From an uncultured Gammaproteobacteria bacterium (GTDB taxonomy: Bacteria > Patescibacteriota > Patescibacteriia > Veblenbacterales > UBA10138), in assembly GCA_964348825.1 (NCBI GenBank), contig CAYGDX010000001.1:90909-154908 (forward strand): a DNA stretch of 64,000 nt, given 5' to 3'. The translations under genes and the position numbers were made by a program. Positions 20,120 to 29,562 of the stretch are shown piece after piece. The first letter of the stretch is position 1. Each line of letters begins with the position of its first letter. The notes beneath the pieces are model-generated. The model was not told the origin of the DNA. It did no database searches and saw nothing but the letters and a program-made list of their open reading frames with translations.

Positions 20120-21874
20120 ATGGCTGACGAAGCAATCATGGCAAAATCAGGTAACACCGGTGATATTGGTGATTTTTTAGTTACCCAAAATATTTTAACC
20201 GTGGCGCGTTTAGCTGAATATAGAAAAATTGCACAAGCTGAACAGCGAGGCATTGAGGAAGTTTTAATGGAGCGTGCGGCGCTTACCCCTGAAGCACTAC
20301 TTAAAGCTAAAAGTGCTTTTTATGGATTACCAGCAGTTGATTTAACCCAACAAGCCGTGACTGAAATGGTGCTACGCTTAGTGCCACTTGAACTCGCCCA
20401 ATACTATCAATTAGTACCTTTCCGGCGTGACAACAACGACGTGTGGATTGCTTTGGTACATCCAGAAAATTATAAATCAATGGAAGCAGTTGATGTTTTA
20501 GGACGTCAGCACGGCTGGAAACCAAAATATGCGATTACCACTTCCACTTCGTTACTTAAAGTGCTTCGTCAATATAGTTCGCTTACTTCCGAAGTCGGTG
20601 AGGCCTTAAAAATGGCGGAAGATGACGATCAATCAGCCCTAAGGCAAGATGAAAATGTACAAGAATTTGAAGAAGTTTTAAAAGCCGCACCGGTGGCGAA
20701 AATGGTGGCCTCAATTCTCCGGCACGCGGTAGAAGGTGGTGCTTCGGATATTCATATTGAACCAGGCGATGCCGATAGTCGCGTGCGTTTTCGAGTTGAC
20801 GGCATTCTTCGTACCTCACTTACCTTACCGAAATATATTCACTCGGCGGTTATATCGCGTATTAAAGTACTAGCTAATTTAAAAATCGATGAAACCCGAC
20901 AACCGCAAGATGGTCGTATTCGTTTACGAGTGGTGGATAAAGTAATTGATTTTCGTATTTCCACTATGCCAGTAATTGGTAATGAAAAAGTGGTGATGCG
21001 TATTTTGGATCCAACGACCGGCGTGCGTACTTTTGAGGGTTTGGGTTTTACTGGTCAAAAATTACGCATCCTAAAAGAAGCAATTCAAAAACCGCATGGC
21101 ATGTTCTTAGTTACTGGGCCAACGGGTAGTGGTAAAACAACCACGCTTTACGCCGTGCTCAATATTTTAAATCGCGAAGAAGTAAATATTATTACACTAG
21201 AAGATCCAGTGGAATATTTTATGGGTGGTGTGAACCAATCGCAAGTGAACCCGGAAGTGGGTTATACTTTTGCCAATGGTCTTAGATCAATTCTTCGGCA
21301 AGACCCCGATATTATTATGGTTGGTGAAATTCGTGACTCGGAAACTGCGGAGCTTGCGATTCATGCTTCGCTCACTGGTCACATACTACTTTCAACTCTC
21401 CACACCAATGATGCGCCGGCCGCAATTTTGCGTTTAACCGATATGCACATTGAACCGTTTTTAATTGCCTCCACTGTGAATGTAATAATTGGTCAACGTT
21501 TGGTCAGAAAATTATGTGAAAGTTGCCGCAAACCCAGCACTCTGCCGCCAGAAATGCTTAAGAAAATTCAAGAATCGTTTGCTGGAATGGGCGCGGGAGC
21601 GAAAGAAGAAGTTCCAGCTGAACCGTGGACAACTTATGAAGCGGGTTCCTGCTCACACTGTGAAAATTCTGGTTACAGGGGTCGGGTGGCGATTACAGAA
21701 ATACTAGCCAATACGCCGGAATTGCAAAAAATAATTGCCGATGGCGCCAAGCCCCACGAACTAAAAGCTGAATTTGTACGCCAAGGTAGTACTAGTTTGA
21801 TGCAAGATGGATATTTGAAAGTGCTTACAGGTATGACATCGCTCGAGGAAGTGCTCACTGCGGCGCAGGACTAA
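20120..21874 (+). CDS. pilB: Type IV pilus assembly (extension) ATPase PilB / GspE family
   Basis: Walker A GPTGSGKTT, Walker B DPDIIMVGEIRD, His box GHILLSTLHTNDA, tetracysteine CESC...CSHC. 584 aa with N-terminal GspE-N domain. Confidence 0.9.
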   Translation: MADEAIMAKSGNTGDIGDFLVTQNILTVARLAEYRKIAQAEQRGIEEVLMERAALTPEALLKAKSAFYGLPAVDLTQQAVTEMVLRLVPLELAQYYQLVPFRRDNNDVWIALVHPENYKSMEAVDVLGRQHGWKPKYAITTSTSLLKVLRQYSSLTSEVGEALKMAEDDDQSALRQDENVQEFEEVLKAAPVAKMVASILRHAVEGGASDIHIEPGDADSRVRFRVDGILRTSLTLPKYIHSAVISRIKVLANLKIDETRQPQDGRIRLRVVDKVIDFRISTMPVIGNEKVVMRILDPTTGVRTFEGLGFTGQKLRILKEAIQKPHGMFLVTGPTGSGKTTTLYAVLNILNREEVNIITLEDPVEYFMGGVNQSQVNPEVGYTFANGLRSILRQDPDIIMVGEIRDSETAELAIHASLTGHILLSTLHTNDAPAAILRLTDMHIEPFLIASTVNVIIGQRLVRKLCESCRKPSTLPPEMLKKIQESFAGMGAGAKEEVPAEPWTTYEAGSCSHCENSGYRGRVAITEILANTPELQKIIADGAKPHELKAEFVRQGSTSLMQDGYLKVLTGMTSLEEVLTAAQD

Positions 21875-21912
21875 ATAATCATAATAACATTAGATCACTA
21901 GAACATTAGAAC

Positions 21913-22272
21913 ATGAGTCAAGAATTCAGAGAGCAGTTAAAAAAGAAAATGGACGAATATGTAAAATTAGTTTATCGCGTGACTAAAAATTATCCCCGCG
22001 ACGAGTTATATGGAGTAACTTCACAATTAAGAAGATCAACCCTATCCGTGATATTAAATTATTTAGAGGGTTATGCCAGGCGCCGAATTCCAACTTGCTA
22101 TCATTTTTGGGAAATATCTTATGGTTCGTTACAAGAAAGTAGATATTTATTAGATTTATCATTAAATGAAAATTATTTATTAATTGAAAATCACAAAACA
22201 TTAAGTGTTTTAGCTGATGAAATTAGTGCTATGCTCTGGCAATCCTTGAAGAATTTAGAAAAATACAAATAG
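21913..22272 (+). CDS. Four-helix-bundle protein (23S rRNA intervening-sequence protein family)
   Basis: SQLRRSTLSVILNYLEGYARRR matches the 'four helix bundle protein' family signature. Bracketed on both sides by family D repeats. Confidence 0.7.
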   Translation: MSQEFREQLKKKMDEYVKLVYRVTKNYPRDELYGVTSQLRRSTLSVILNYLEGYARRRIPTCYHFWEISYGSLQESRYLLDLSLNENYLLIENHKTLSVLADEISAMLWQSLKNLEKYK

Positions 22273-22307
22273 TTAATGTTTAAGTGTTCTAATGTTTTAA
22301 TGTTCAA

Positions 22308-23390
22308 GTGTTTATGTCCACCACCGACTCCTTAACCATCAATCGCTTGCTCACTGAAGCCGCAGAAAGGCAGGTATCTGACCTTCATTTTACTGTTGGT
22401 GCAAATCCAGCCGCGAGGCGTGACGGCAAGCTTGAAACATTAAACGCCGAGCCACCCGTCACCGAAGAATTTATGAAAGGGTTGGTCGAATTTTTTATTC
22501 CGGAGAATAAGAGAGCTCGTTTTGCCAGCGCGCAAACTTTAACCTTAACTTATAATTTTGGCACACGCGCTCGTTTTCGGGTGCACGGAAGCTACCAAAA
22601 GGGTTATCCAGCTTTAGATTTACATTATGTACCATGGCAAGCGCCCGACGTTACAACTATGGGTTTGCCTAAAATTTTACTTAATTCTATAAAAGAAAAA
22701 GAGGGATTGATTCTTTTGAGTGGTTTGCAGGGGTCAGGCCGTAGTGCTACGCTCGCGGCGCTACTTGATAATATTAATCATACACAAGCTAAACATATTG
22801 TAACGATTGAAGATCCAGTGGAGTATTTACTGACCAACGATAAATCATTTATCAAACAAAAAGATGTCGGTGATGATATTCCAAGTGTGGAAGATGCTTT
22901 GGGTGGCCTTAAAGATGAAGATGTAGATGTGCTAGCGATTGATGTACCGCTTAATATGGCGGCTTGGCGCGAAATTTTTACACGGGCGCGGAGCGGCACT
23001 TTAGTTTTTGTGGCGATGGAAGCCGATACTTCAGTGCGGGCGCTAGAATCACTTATTTTAAGTTGGCCGGGTGCTGAAGCTGATAGTTTAAAACAATTAT
23101 TAAGCGAAACACTTCTCATTGCTACTTCACAGCGCTTAGTGCCACGCGTTGGCGGTGGTAAGGTAATGGTAGTAGAATGTTTACTTGGTAATACGCCGGT
23201 TAAATCATTAATTCGCGATGGTAAGATTTTACAACTCCAAAATGTACTGGAATTATCGCGTGAAGATGGTATGGTGTCACTCGAAAAAAGATTGTCTGAT
23301 TTAGTAAAAACTGGAGAAATTACACAAGAAGATGCAGTAGCTCACGCTGTGAACAAAGAGGTGATTGGGTCGATGTTGCGGGTGAAGTAA
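22308..23390 (+). CDS. pilT: PilT-like retraction-ATPase homolog with degenerate catalytic motifs
   Basis: PilT-length GspE-family core. Walker A is GLQGSGRSAT (Lys to Arg, Pro to Gln). Walker B region DEDVDVLAIDVP lacks the catalytic Glu. His-box GTLVFVAMEA lacks the His. Confidence 0.7.
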   Translation: MFMSTTDSLTINRLLTEAAERQVSDLHFTVGANPAARRDGKLETLNAEPPVTEEFMKGLVEFFIPENKRARFASAQTLTLTYNFGTRARFRVHGSYQKGYPALDLHYVPWQAPDVTTMGLPKILLNSIKEKEGLILLSGLQGSGRSATLAALLDNINHTQAKHIVTIEDPVEYLLTNDKSFIKQKDVGDDIPSVEDALGGLKDEDVDVLAIDVPLNMAAWREIFTRARSGTLVFVAMEADTSVRALESLILSWPGAEADSLKQLLSETLLIATSQRLVPRVGGGKVMVVECLLGNTPVKSLIRDGKILQLQNVLELSREDGMVSLEKRLSDLVKTGEITQEDAVAHAVNKEVIGSMLRVK

Positions 23391-23641
23391 TTTTTAGGGT
23401 GTAGCGTGTAGGGTGTAGTTCGTCATTGCGAGCTTCAGCGAAGCAATCCCTAGTAAATCCCCAAATCCCAATCCCTAAGATTGAATTTTAAATTATAAAT
23501 TTTAAGTCAATTTTTAATTAAAACATTTAGTTTTTGATTAAAAACCCGTAAAGGTCTCGTGGAGACCCACGCGTTTCTTTACGAGATTTAAAATTAAAAA
23601 TTTAGTTATTTTTAGAAATTAGATATTAGAAATTTTCGTTC

Positions 23642-24850
23642 ATGTCCTTATTCTCCTACGAAGCCAAAGATCTCGAAGGCCGTGCCTTAAAAGGCATGGT
23701 TGATGCGGCATCGCATGCCGCTGCCGTGGAAATTTTAACCGACAAAGGCCTTACCCCAATTACAGTCGAAGAAAAAAAGGTGAGTCGTTTGCAATTTTTA
23801 TTTGGCAATCAAATTTCGCGCATTAAGATCAAAGATATTGTAGTATTGTCGCGTCAGCTTTCGGTGATGGCTTCTGCCACTGTACCAATTGTGCAAGCAC
23901 TTAGAATTTTAGAAAAACAAACCGCCAATCCTAAACTTAAAGTAATAATTTCCGAAATTGCCGATGAAGTAGAAGGTGGTGCCAAATTTTCCTCTACGCT
24001 GGCCAAATATCCCGATGTGTTTTCCGACTTTTATATCAATATGGTGGCGAGCGGTGAAACCTCAGGTAAGCTCGATGAAGTGCTGAATTATTTAGCAGAT
24101 GAACAAGAAAAAAATTACGATATGATTAGTAAAATTCGCGGGGCGATGATTTATCCGGCTTTTATTTTGGGTGGGTTACTTTTAGTTGGCGCGGTGATGA
24201 TGATTTTCGTGGTGCCGAAACTCACTTCAATTTTAGTGGAATCAGGCGTGGCCCTGCCACTTTCTACACGAATCCTAATTGGCTTTAGTAATTTTTTAAG
24301 AAATTTTTGGTGGTTATTTTTAATAATGCTGGTGGGCGGGGGAATTGGTTTTCGTTATGGTGTAAAAACTCCAAAAGGAAGGCACTTGTGGCATTTAATT
24401 CAGCTTAAAATTCCGGTGGTTGGCACAATTTATCAAAATATTTATTTAGTGCGCTTTACTCGTTCAATGTACACGCTAATTGTTGGTGGTGTGCCTTTAA
24501 CTCGCAGTTTAGCCATCGTTTCCGATGTGGTGGGTAATGCTGTATTTAAACAAATTATTGATGAAACAATTAAAGAGGTAGAAGATGGCAATTCCATTGC
24601 CACTGTGTTTTCACAAACCAAAGTAATTCCTTCAATGGTATCACAAATGATGATTGTGGGTGAAAAAACTGGGCGACTCGAGGAAGTATTTAAACGTTTA
24701 TCCGACTTTTATACTCGCGAAGCTAATAATTTAGTGGCCAATTTAGTAACCTTGCTTGAGCCAATGGTGATGCTTGTAATGGGTGTATCAGTGGGGTTTA
24801 TGGTTTCGGCGATACTGTTGCCTATGTATAGGTTGTCCTCCGGCGCTTAG
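23642..24850 (+). CDS. pilC: Type IV pilus inner-membrane platform protein PilC (GspF family)
   Basis: 402 aa, two GspF-type repeats with three TM segments. Typical PilC topology and motifs. Confidence 0.85.
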   Translation: MSLFSYEAKDLEGRALKGMVDAASHAAAVEILTDKGLTPITVEEKKVSRLQFLFGNQISRIKIKDIVVLSRQLSVMASATVPIVQALRILEKQTANPKLKVIISEIADEVEGGAKFSSTLAKYPDVFSDFYINMVASGETSGKLDEVLNYLADEQEKNYDMISKIRGAMIYPAFILGGLLLVGAVMMIFVVPKLTSILVESGVALPLSTRILIGFSNFLRNFWWLFLIMLVGGGIGFRYGVKTPKGRHLWHLIQLKIPVVGTIYQNIYLVRFTRSMYTLIVGGVPLTRSLAIVSDVVGNAVFKQIIDETIKEVEDGNSIATVFSQTKVIPSMVSQMMIVGEKTGRLEEVFKRLSDFYTREANNLVANLVTLLEPMVMLVMGVSVGFMVSAILLPMYRLSSGA

Positions 24851-24894
24851 AGTAAAATCCTAAATCCTAAACCCTAAATTCTAAACAATATCAA

Positions 24895-25263
24895 ATGACA
24901 GAAAATCAAAATTCAAAACAGTATAATTTAGAAGATAGGACACTTTGTTTTGCTAAAGAAATTGGTATTTATGTTAATAAATTGCCGTTTACAGTGCCTA
25001 ATAAGGAATACGGTAAGCAGTTAGTGCGTTCCGCGAGTTCGGTAGGCGCAAATTATCTTGAAGCTAATGAAGCATTAAGCAAAAAAGATTTTTTAATGCG
25101 GATTAAAATTTCTCGTAAAGAAGCTAAAGAAACTCGCTTTTGGCTACAATTAACCGAGCCATTACCAGAAATGAATAGCGCTAGAGATAAATTTATTCAA
25201 GAAATTACTGAATTAATGAAGATTTTTGGAGCAATTATAGAAAAATCTAAACCTAATGTTTAA
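24895..25263 (+). CDS. Four-helix-bundle protein (second copy)
   Basis: VRSASSVGANYLEANEALSKKDFLMRIKISRKEAKETRFWLQL matches the same family as 21913-22272. Confidence 0.7.
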   Translation: MTENQNSKQYNLEDRTLCFAKEIGIYVNKLPFTVPNKEYGKQLVRSASSVGANYLEANEALSKKDFLMRIKISRKEAKETRFWLQLTEPLPEMNSARDKFIQEITELMKIFGAIIEKSKPNV

Positions 25264-25382
25264 TGTTTTATAATTTTGGATTTGTTTAGTATTTAGATAT
25301 TAGAATTTAGGATTTAAATAAAACGCCATTGTGTACTTATTTGCCTAGTGTTATAATTATATCGTCAAATAGAATATTATAA

Positions 25383-25922
25383 ATGAAAGGGGGTGAGACA
25401 ATGAACATTCGTAAAGGCTTTACGTTGATAGAATTATTGGTGGTGATTGCCATCATAGGCGTCTTGTCCACCCTAGCGGTGGTGTCGTTTCAAGGGGCAA
25501 GAGGAAAGGCAAGAGATGCTCAACGTTTAAGTGCGGTAAAAGCTCTTCAACAAGGCTTGGAATTTTATTATAATGATAATGATAGTAGTTATCCTCTAGC
25601 GCATACCACTGCTATTAAATTATCTAATGATACTGCTAAGACGAATTGTCTTGACAGTAATGGATTTAAGGATGGAAGTACAACAACACCATGTGTGGAT
25701 CCTATATATTTAAAGACCATAAATGATGATCCATCACCAGGAGTTTTGTGGTATTATCTGAGTAATGGAAGTGATACTATACCAGCAACTAAATATGCTA
25801 TAGCTGTTAAGATGGAAGGCAATACTAATCCATATAAAGTGGGGTGGAATTGTATGCTTAATGATGGATCCTTAGGTGTAGTAACAGAAACTAATGATGT
25901 GCCAGCTTGTACAATACCATAA
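25383..25922 (+). CDS. Type IV pilin (major pilin candidate)
   Basis: KGFTLIELLVVIAIIGVLSTLAVVSFQGARGKARDAQR prepilin leader/helix. Own rho-independent terminator downstream. Confidence 0.8.
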   Translation: MKGGETMNIRKGFTLIELLVVIAIIGVLSTLAVVSFQGARGKARDAQRLSAVKALQQGLEFYYNDNDSSYPLAHTTAIKLSNDTAKTNCLDSNGFKDGSTTTPCVDPIYLKTINDDPSPGVLWYYLSNGSDTIPATKYAIAVKMEGNTNPYKVGWNCMLNDGSLGVVTETNDVPACTIP

Positions 25923-25940
25923 TAATTTTTAAAACATTTA

Positions 25941-25979
25941 ACCCTCTTCCGTCCACACGGGGGAGGGTTTTTGTTTTTA
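25941..25979 (+). terminator. Rho-independent terminator after pilin gene
   Basis: aaccctc-ttccgtccacacgggg-gagggtt followed by tttttgttttt. Confidence 0.65.
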
Positions 25980-26274
25980 TGGTATGATTAGTGATAGATT
26001 GGGTGTTAATGAGCAGTTGTCATTGCGAGTGAGTCATCAGACGAGCGACGATTTGTCCGCCGTAGCTTTAGCGAAGGTGGAAGCAATCTATCAAAATCAC
26101 TAATAACTAATTCCTAATTTCTAAAAATTCCCAAGACCCAAATCCCAAAATTTAGACATTAGTCATTAGATATTTTTAGAAATTAGATATTAGACATTAG
26201 AAATTTATTTTTTAGAGATTGCCACGCCCTCGCTCTTTTCGCTCGGGCTCGCAATGACATAACACTCTTACTCT

Positions 26275-27102
26275 ATGCTCTTACTAATCTTCATCTTCGG
26301 CCTCTGTCTCGGCAGTTTTTTAAACGTCCTCATTCTCCGCCTAAAAGACGACAAGTCAATTCTCGGTCGTTCGCAGTGTCCAAAGTGTTTAAGGCAACTT
26401 AAATGGTTTGAAAATATTCCACTACTTTCTTTTATTTTTTTACGCGCGAAATGTGCTTCGTGTAATCAACCAATCTCTTGGCAATATCCTTTAGTAGAAT
26501 TTACGAGCGGGGTTTTGTGGGTTACATCCTACTTTGTCATTGCGAGCCAAGCGAAGCAATCCCTCGTTTTAGCAACAGAGATTGCCACGTCGTCCGCTTC
26601 GAGCGTCCTCCTCGCAATGACACAAAACGATTGGCTGGCTATGTTTACTTTTGGTGTATTCGTAACCATTTTACTCATTCTTTTTGTTTTTGACTTTCGT
26701 TGGTACATTTTACCTGATCAAATTACCATTCCTGCCATCGTTATCACCATAATTTTACAATTACTACTCGGCGTTTCCATTATTAATTTACTTATCGCAG
26801 GATTATCTGGTGCGGCTTGGTTTGGCGCGCAATATTTTGTATCAAAAGGTAAATGGGTGGGTGATGGTGATATTCGCCTTGGCGCTTTAATTGGTTTAAT
26901 GCTTGGCACTTGGCAGTTACTTTTAACCACTTTTTTTATCGCTTATATTGGTGGCGCCATTATTGCCGTTATTTTATTGTTACTAGGCAAAGTAAAACGT
27001 GGGGCGAAACTGCCAATGGGAGCGTTTTTGACAACAGCAACGATAATTGGGCTGATGTATGGTAAAATAATATGGGAATGGTATATAGGATTAATATGGT
27101 GA
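26275..27102 (+). CDS. pilD: Prepilin peptidase PilD (A24 family) carrying an in-frame repeat insertion
   Basis: N-terminal CxxC-x21-CxxC zinc domain (CPKC...CASC), A24 core with GDGDIRLG Asp motif. Residues VIASQAKQSLVLATEIATSSASSVLLAMTQN are encoded by a family A repeat. Confidence 0.8.
   Translation: MLLLIFIFGLCLGSFLNVLILRLKDDKSILGRSQCPKCLRQLKWFENIPLLSFIFLRAKCASCNQPISWQYPLVEFTSGVLWVTSYFVIASQAKQSLVLATEIATSSASSVLLAMTQNDWLAMFTFGVFVTILLILFVFDFRWYILPDQITIPAIVITIILQLLLGVSIINLLIAGLSGAAWFGAQYFVSKGKWVGDGDIRLGALIGLMLGTWQLLLTTFFIAYIGGAIIAVILLLLGKVKRGAKLPMGAFLTTATIIGLMYGKIIWEWYIGLIW
26535..26622. repeat. Family A repeat (tgtcattgcgag..agcaatc..ctcgcaatgaca) inserted in-frame within pilD
   Basis: Same inverted-repeat module as intergenic copies (e.g. 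4146-4185, 53824-53929). Reading frame of pilD is uninterrupted. Confidence 0.75.
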
Positions 27103-27242
27103 TTGAATCACTAATCACTAATTCCTAATATCTAAAAATCACCAAGATCCAAACCTCAATCCCAAAATTTAGTCATTAGACATTAGTCATTTTTAGAAAT
27201 TAGAGATTAGTTATTAGACATTATATAAGTTAGTACATAATC

Positions 27243-27842
27243 ATGTTTAGTTTAAATTGTCAAAAACATAGCGCTGGATTCACTTTGTTAGAGCTAACTA
27301 TATCCATTGGCATTTTTATGATGATTGGCGGAATGGTAATGGTGAATTTTCGTGCTGGGCAATATTCTGATGAACTTCAAGCCGGTGCCAAAGCAGTGGA
27401 GAATGCCGTACGTGAAGCCCAAGCCGCGGCCATTGGCGGGCAGGAGGTGTGTGTTAATGCTGATAGCAGTAAATTCGCACCCTTAGGTGGATTTGGATTG
27501 AATATCGCGGCTGATAATACTGCACTGTGGTTTGGGGATTGTGATTATGGAACTGATTCTGATAATGATCCACCACGTAATTATGTATATAGTCCTGACC
27601 CTAATATTGATGTGATTGTGCAAAATATTGATTTGGGATCTAATATTAAGATAAATACAAAAACTCCAGCAGATGGCGATATAATGAATTTAGTTTTTAG
27701 TTCTGGCAGTGAGGTTGCTAAAATAAATGGTAGTAATCCAACCACAGTAAATCAGGTAGTAGTAACTTTAGAACACAAAAAAACAGCGAAGAGAAAAACA
27801 GTAGTAATTAATTTATTAAGCGGGCAAGTGTTTATTGAGTGA
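27243..27842 (+). CDS. Minor pilin / pseudopilin (GspH/FimT-like)
   Basis: SAGFTLLELTISIGIFMMIGGMV prepilin-type N-terminus. Confidence 0.6.
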   Translation: MFSLNCQKHSAGFTLLELTISIGIFMMIGGMVMVNFRAGQYSDELQAGAKAVENAVREAQAAAIGGQEVCVNADSSKFAPLGGFGLNIAADNTALWFGDCDYGTDSDNDPPRNYVYSPDPNIDVIVQNIDLGSNIKINTKTPADGDIMNLVFSSGSEVAKINGSNPTTVNQVVVTLEHKKTAKRKTVVINLLSGQVFIE

Positions 27843-27962
27843 TGATTTTTATTAGAACATTAAATCATTAGAACATAAAAACAAAATTGATAAAATGTTT
27901 CAGTGTTCTAGTGTTTTAATGAATATACTTCGGATTTAAAAACAACTAGTAGGTATTTTATT

Positions 27963-28664
27963 ATGTATAATTCTAAGAACCATCCTTCCGGCCAAGGTCT
28001 TCTCGAGGCGACTCTCGCCATCGGCATTATTATGGTGGGTCTTGGGGCTCTTATGGCTATGACTTTGCAAAGTACCCAAGCCACTACAGTAAGTAGTCAG
28101 CAATTAGTGGGGCAGAATTTAGCGCGTGAGGCTATTGAAGTGGCGCGTAATATTCGGGATAGTAATTGGTTGGCGATTGGTAACAGCGCACCAACCGGTG
28201 TGACGTGGGATAAGGATTTAGTGCCAACTGGTAATAATCAAGCGGCAGTAATTGTTTTTTTACCGCCGGATGCTGGTGCTGCAACTTTTGAAATTAAATT
28301 TATTACCTTTGTTGGCGCTAACGCTTCATCACGAAAAGAGGAGGACATTGATGCTTTGGATGAACCAAAAATACATATGTATCGCGGTACAGTCGGTGAA
28401 GGTTATTTATGGCGACAGAGTGACGTAGGGTTGGGCGCAAATTATACAGATACTAATTTTCGTCGCATTTTAGCTCTTGATCCGGTTTGTCAGCCCGAGA
28501 CGGGTGACGCTTATGTTAATGTCGCTAAAGCAGATTGTAATGGGACTGATACTAAAATCGGCATCCGAGCCGAAGCGCGCGTTTCCTGGCCTCGTAGCGG
28601 ACTTTTGGGCGGTTCGGGTAGAAGTAGCGTGAGTATGGTGGAGTACTTATATAACTGGAAATAG
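27963..28664 (+). CDS. Minor pilin-like protein (PilV/PilW-like)
   Basis: GQGLLEATLAIGIIMVGLGALMAM hydrophobic N-terminal helix with a G-x-x-L-E prepilin-like motif. Confidence 0.5.
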   Translation: MYNSKNHPSGQGLLEATLAIGIIMVGLGALMAMTLQSTQATTVSSQQLVGQNLAREAIEVARNIRDSNWLAIGNSAPTGVTWDKDLVPTGNNQAAVIVFLPPDAGAATFEIKFITFVGANASSRKEEDIDALDEPKIHMYRGTVGEGYLWRQSDVGLGANYTDTNFRRILALDPVCQPETGDAYVNVAKADCNGTDTKIGIRAEARVSWPRSGLLGGSGRSSVSMVEYLYNWK

Positions 28665-28839
28665 TTTAACGAGTAAGTATTATTGTCATTCTGAGCCACA
28701 GTGAAGAATCTTTAAATTTTGAAAATTTCCAATGACCAAGTTCCAATTTCCAATAAATTTTCAATGATTTAAAATTTTCAAACATTGGAACTTTATTGGG
28801 ATTTTGAACTTTGAACTTGGGATTTAAACAACTTAGATT

Positions 28840-29424
28840 ATGCTTCATCTAAATCACAAAAAATATAGCACTGGATTTACTCTAATGGAAATCGTCATAG
28901 TTCTCGCTCTATTTGCTCTTGCCAGCATATTGATTGCCGGGATTTTTGTGAATATGCAAACTACTCAGCGGCGGGTACGGGATAATCAGGAATTAATTAC
29001 CGATGCGCGTTATCTATTAGAAGTAATCGCGCGTGAAGTGCGCTCGGATTTTATTGATTATAGTGGATTAGTGAGTGGCAAATTATCATTAAAATCGGCC
29101 AGTGGAGTTGATATAGTAATAGAGCATAAAACAGGAGATGGTTGTACAGCACCTGCAAAATGTGTCGTTGATATTAGTCGTGATGGAAATGCCGCTCAAT
29201 TGAATTCTAAAAATTTAGCAGTTGAACATTTGCAATTTTACGTTTCACCATTAACTGACCCGTTTCCCACAGGTACTCCCGGTGTAATCCAAACCACACC
29301 CGATCAACAACCAAGAGTCACAATTGTCCTAAAAGTTAGCAATGAGCCAAAAAAACCTCGTGCCGCTGAACGCAAGGCAATTTATTTACAAACCACTGTT
29401 TCGGCGAGAGCGTATGTTAGATAA
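28840..29424 (+). CDS. Minor pilin / pseudopilin
   Basis: STGFTLMEIVIVLALFALASILIAGIF prepilin N-terminus. Confidence 0.6.
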   Translation: MLHLNHKKYSTGFTLMEIVIVLALFALASILIAGIFVNMQTTQRRVRDNQELITDARYLLEVIAREVRSDFIDYSGLVSGKLSLKSASGVDIVIEHKTGDGCTAPAKCVVDISRDGNAAQLNSKNLAVEHLQFYVSPLTDPFPTGTPGVIQTTPDQQPRVTIVLKVSNEPKKPRAAERKAIYLQTTVSARAYVR

Positions 29425-29562
29425 TTTAAAAATAAAAAATCAAAATGCAAAATGACAGATTAAAATTTAAAATAAATTATAACTTACTAATATCTAAAGA
29501 AAAATTACTACCCAATAATTTTTTCATTTTACATTGTCATTTTTATTTTTGATTTTTACATT

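Noticed and set aside
26478-26693. 71-aa ORF (...CHCEPSEAIP...) inside pilD
   Set aside because: Out-of-frame translation of the family A repeat. The pilD frame through the same DNA is the real one.
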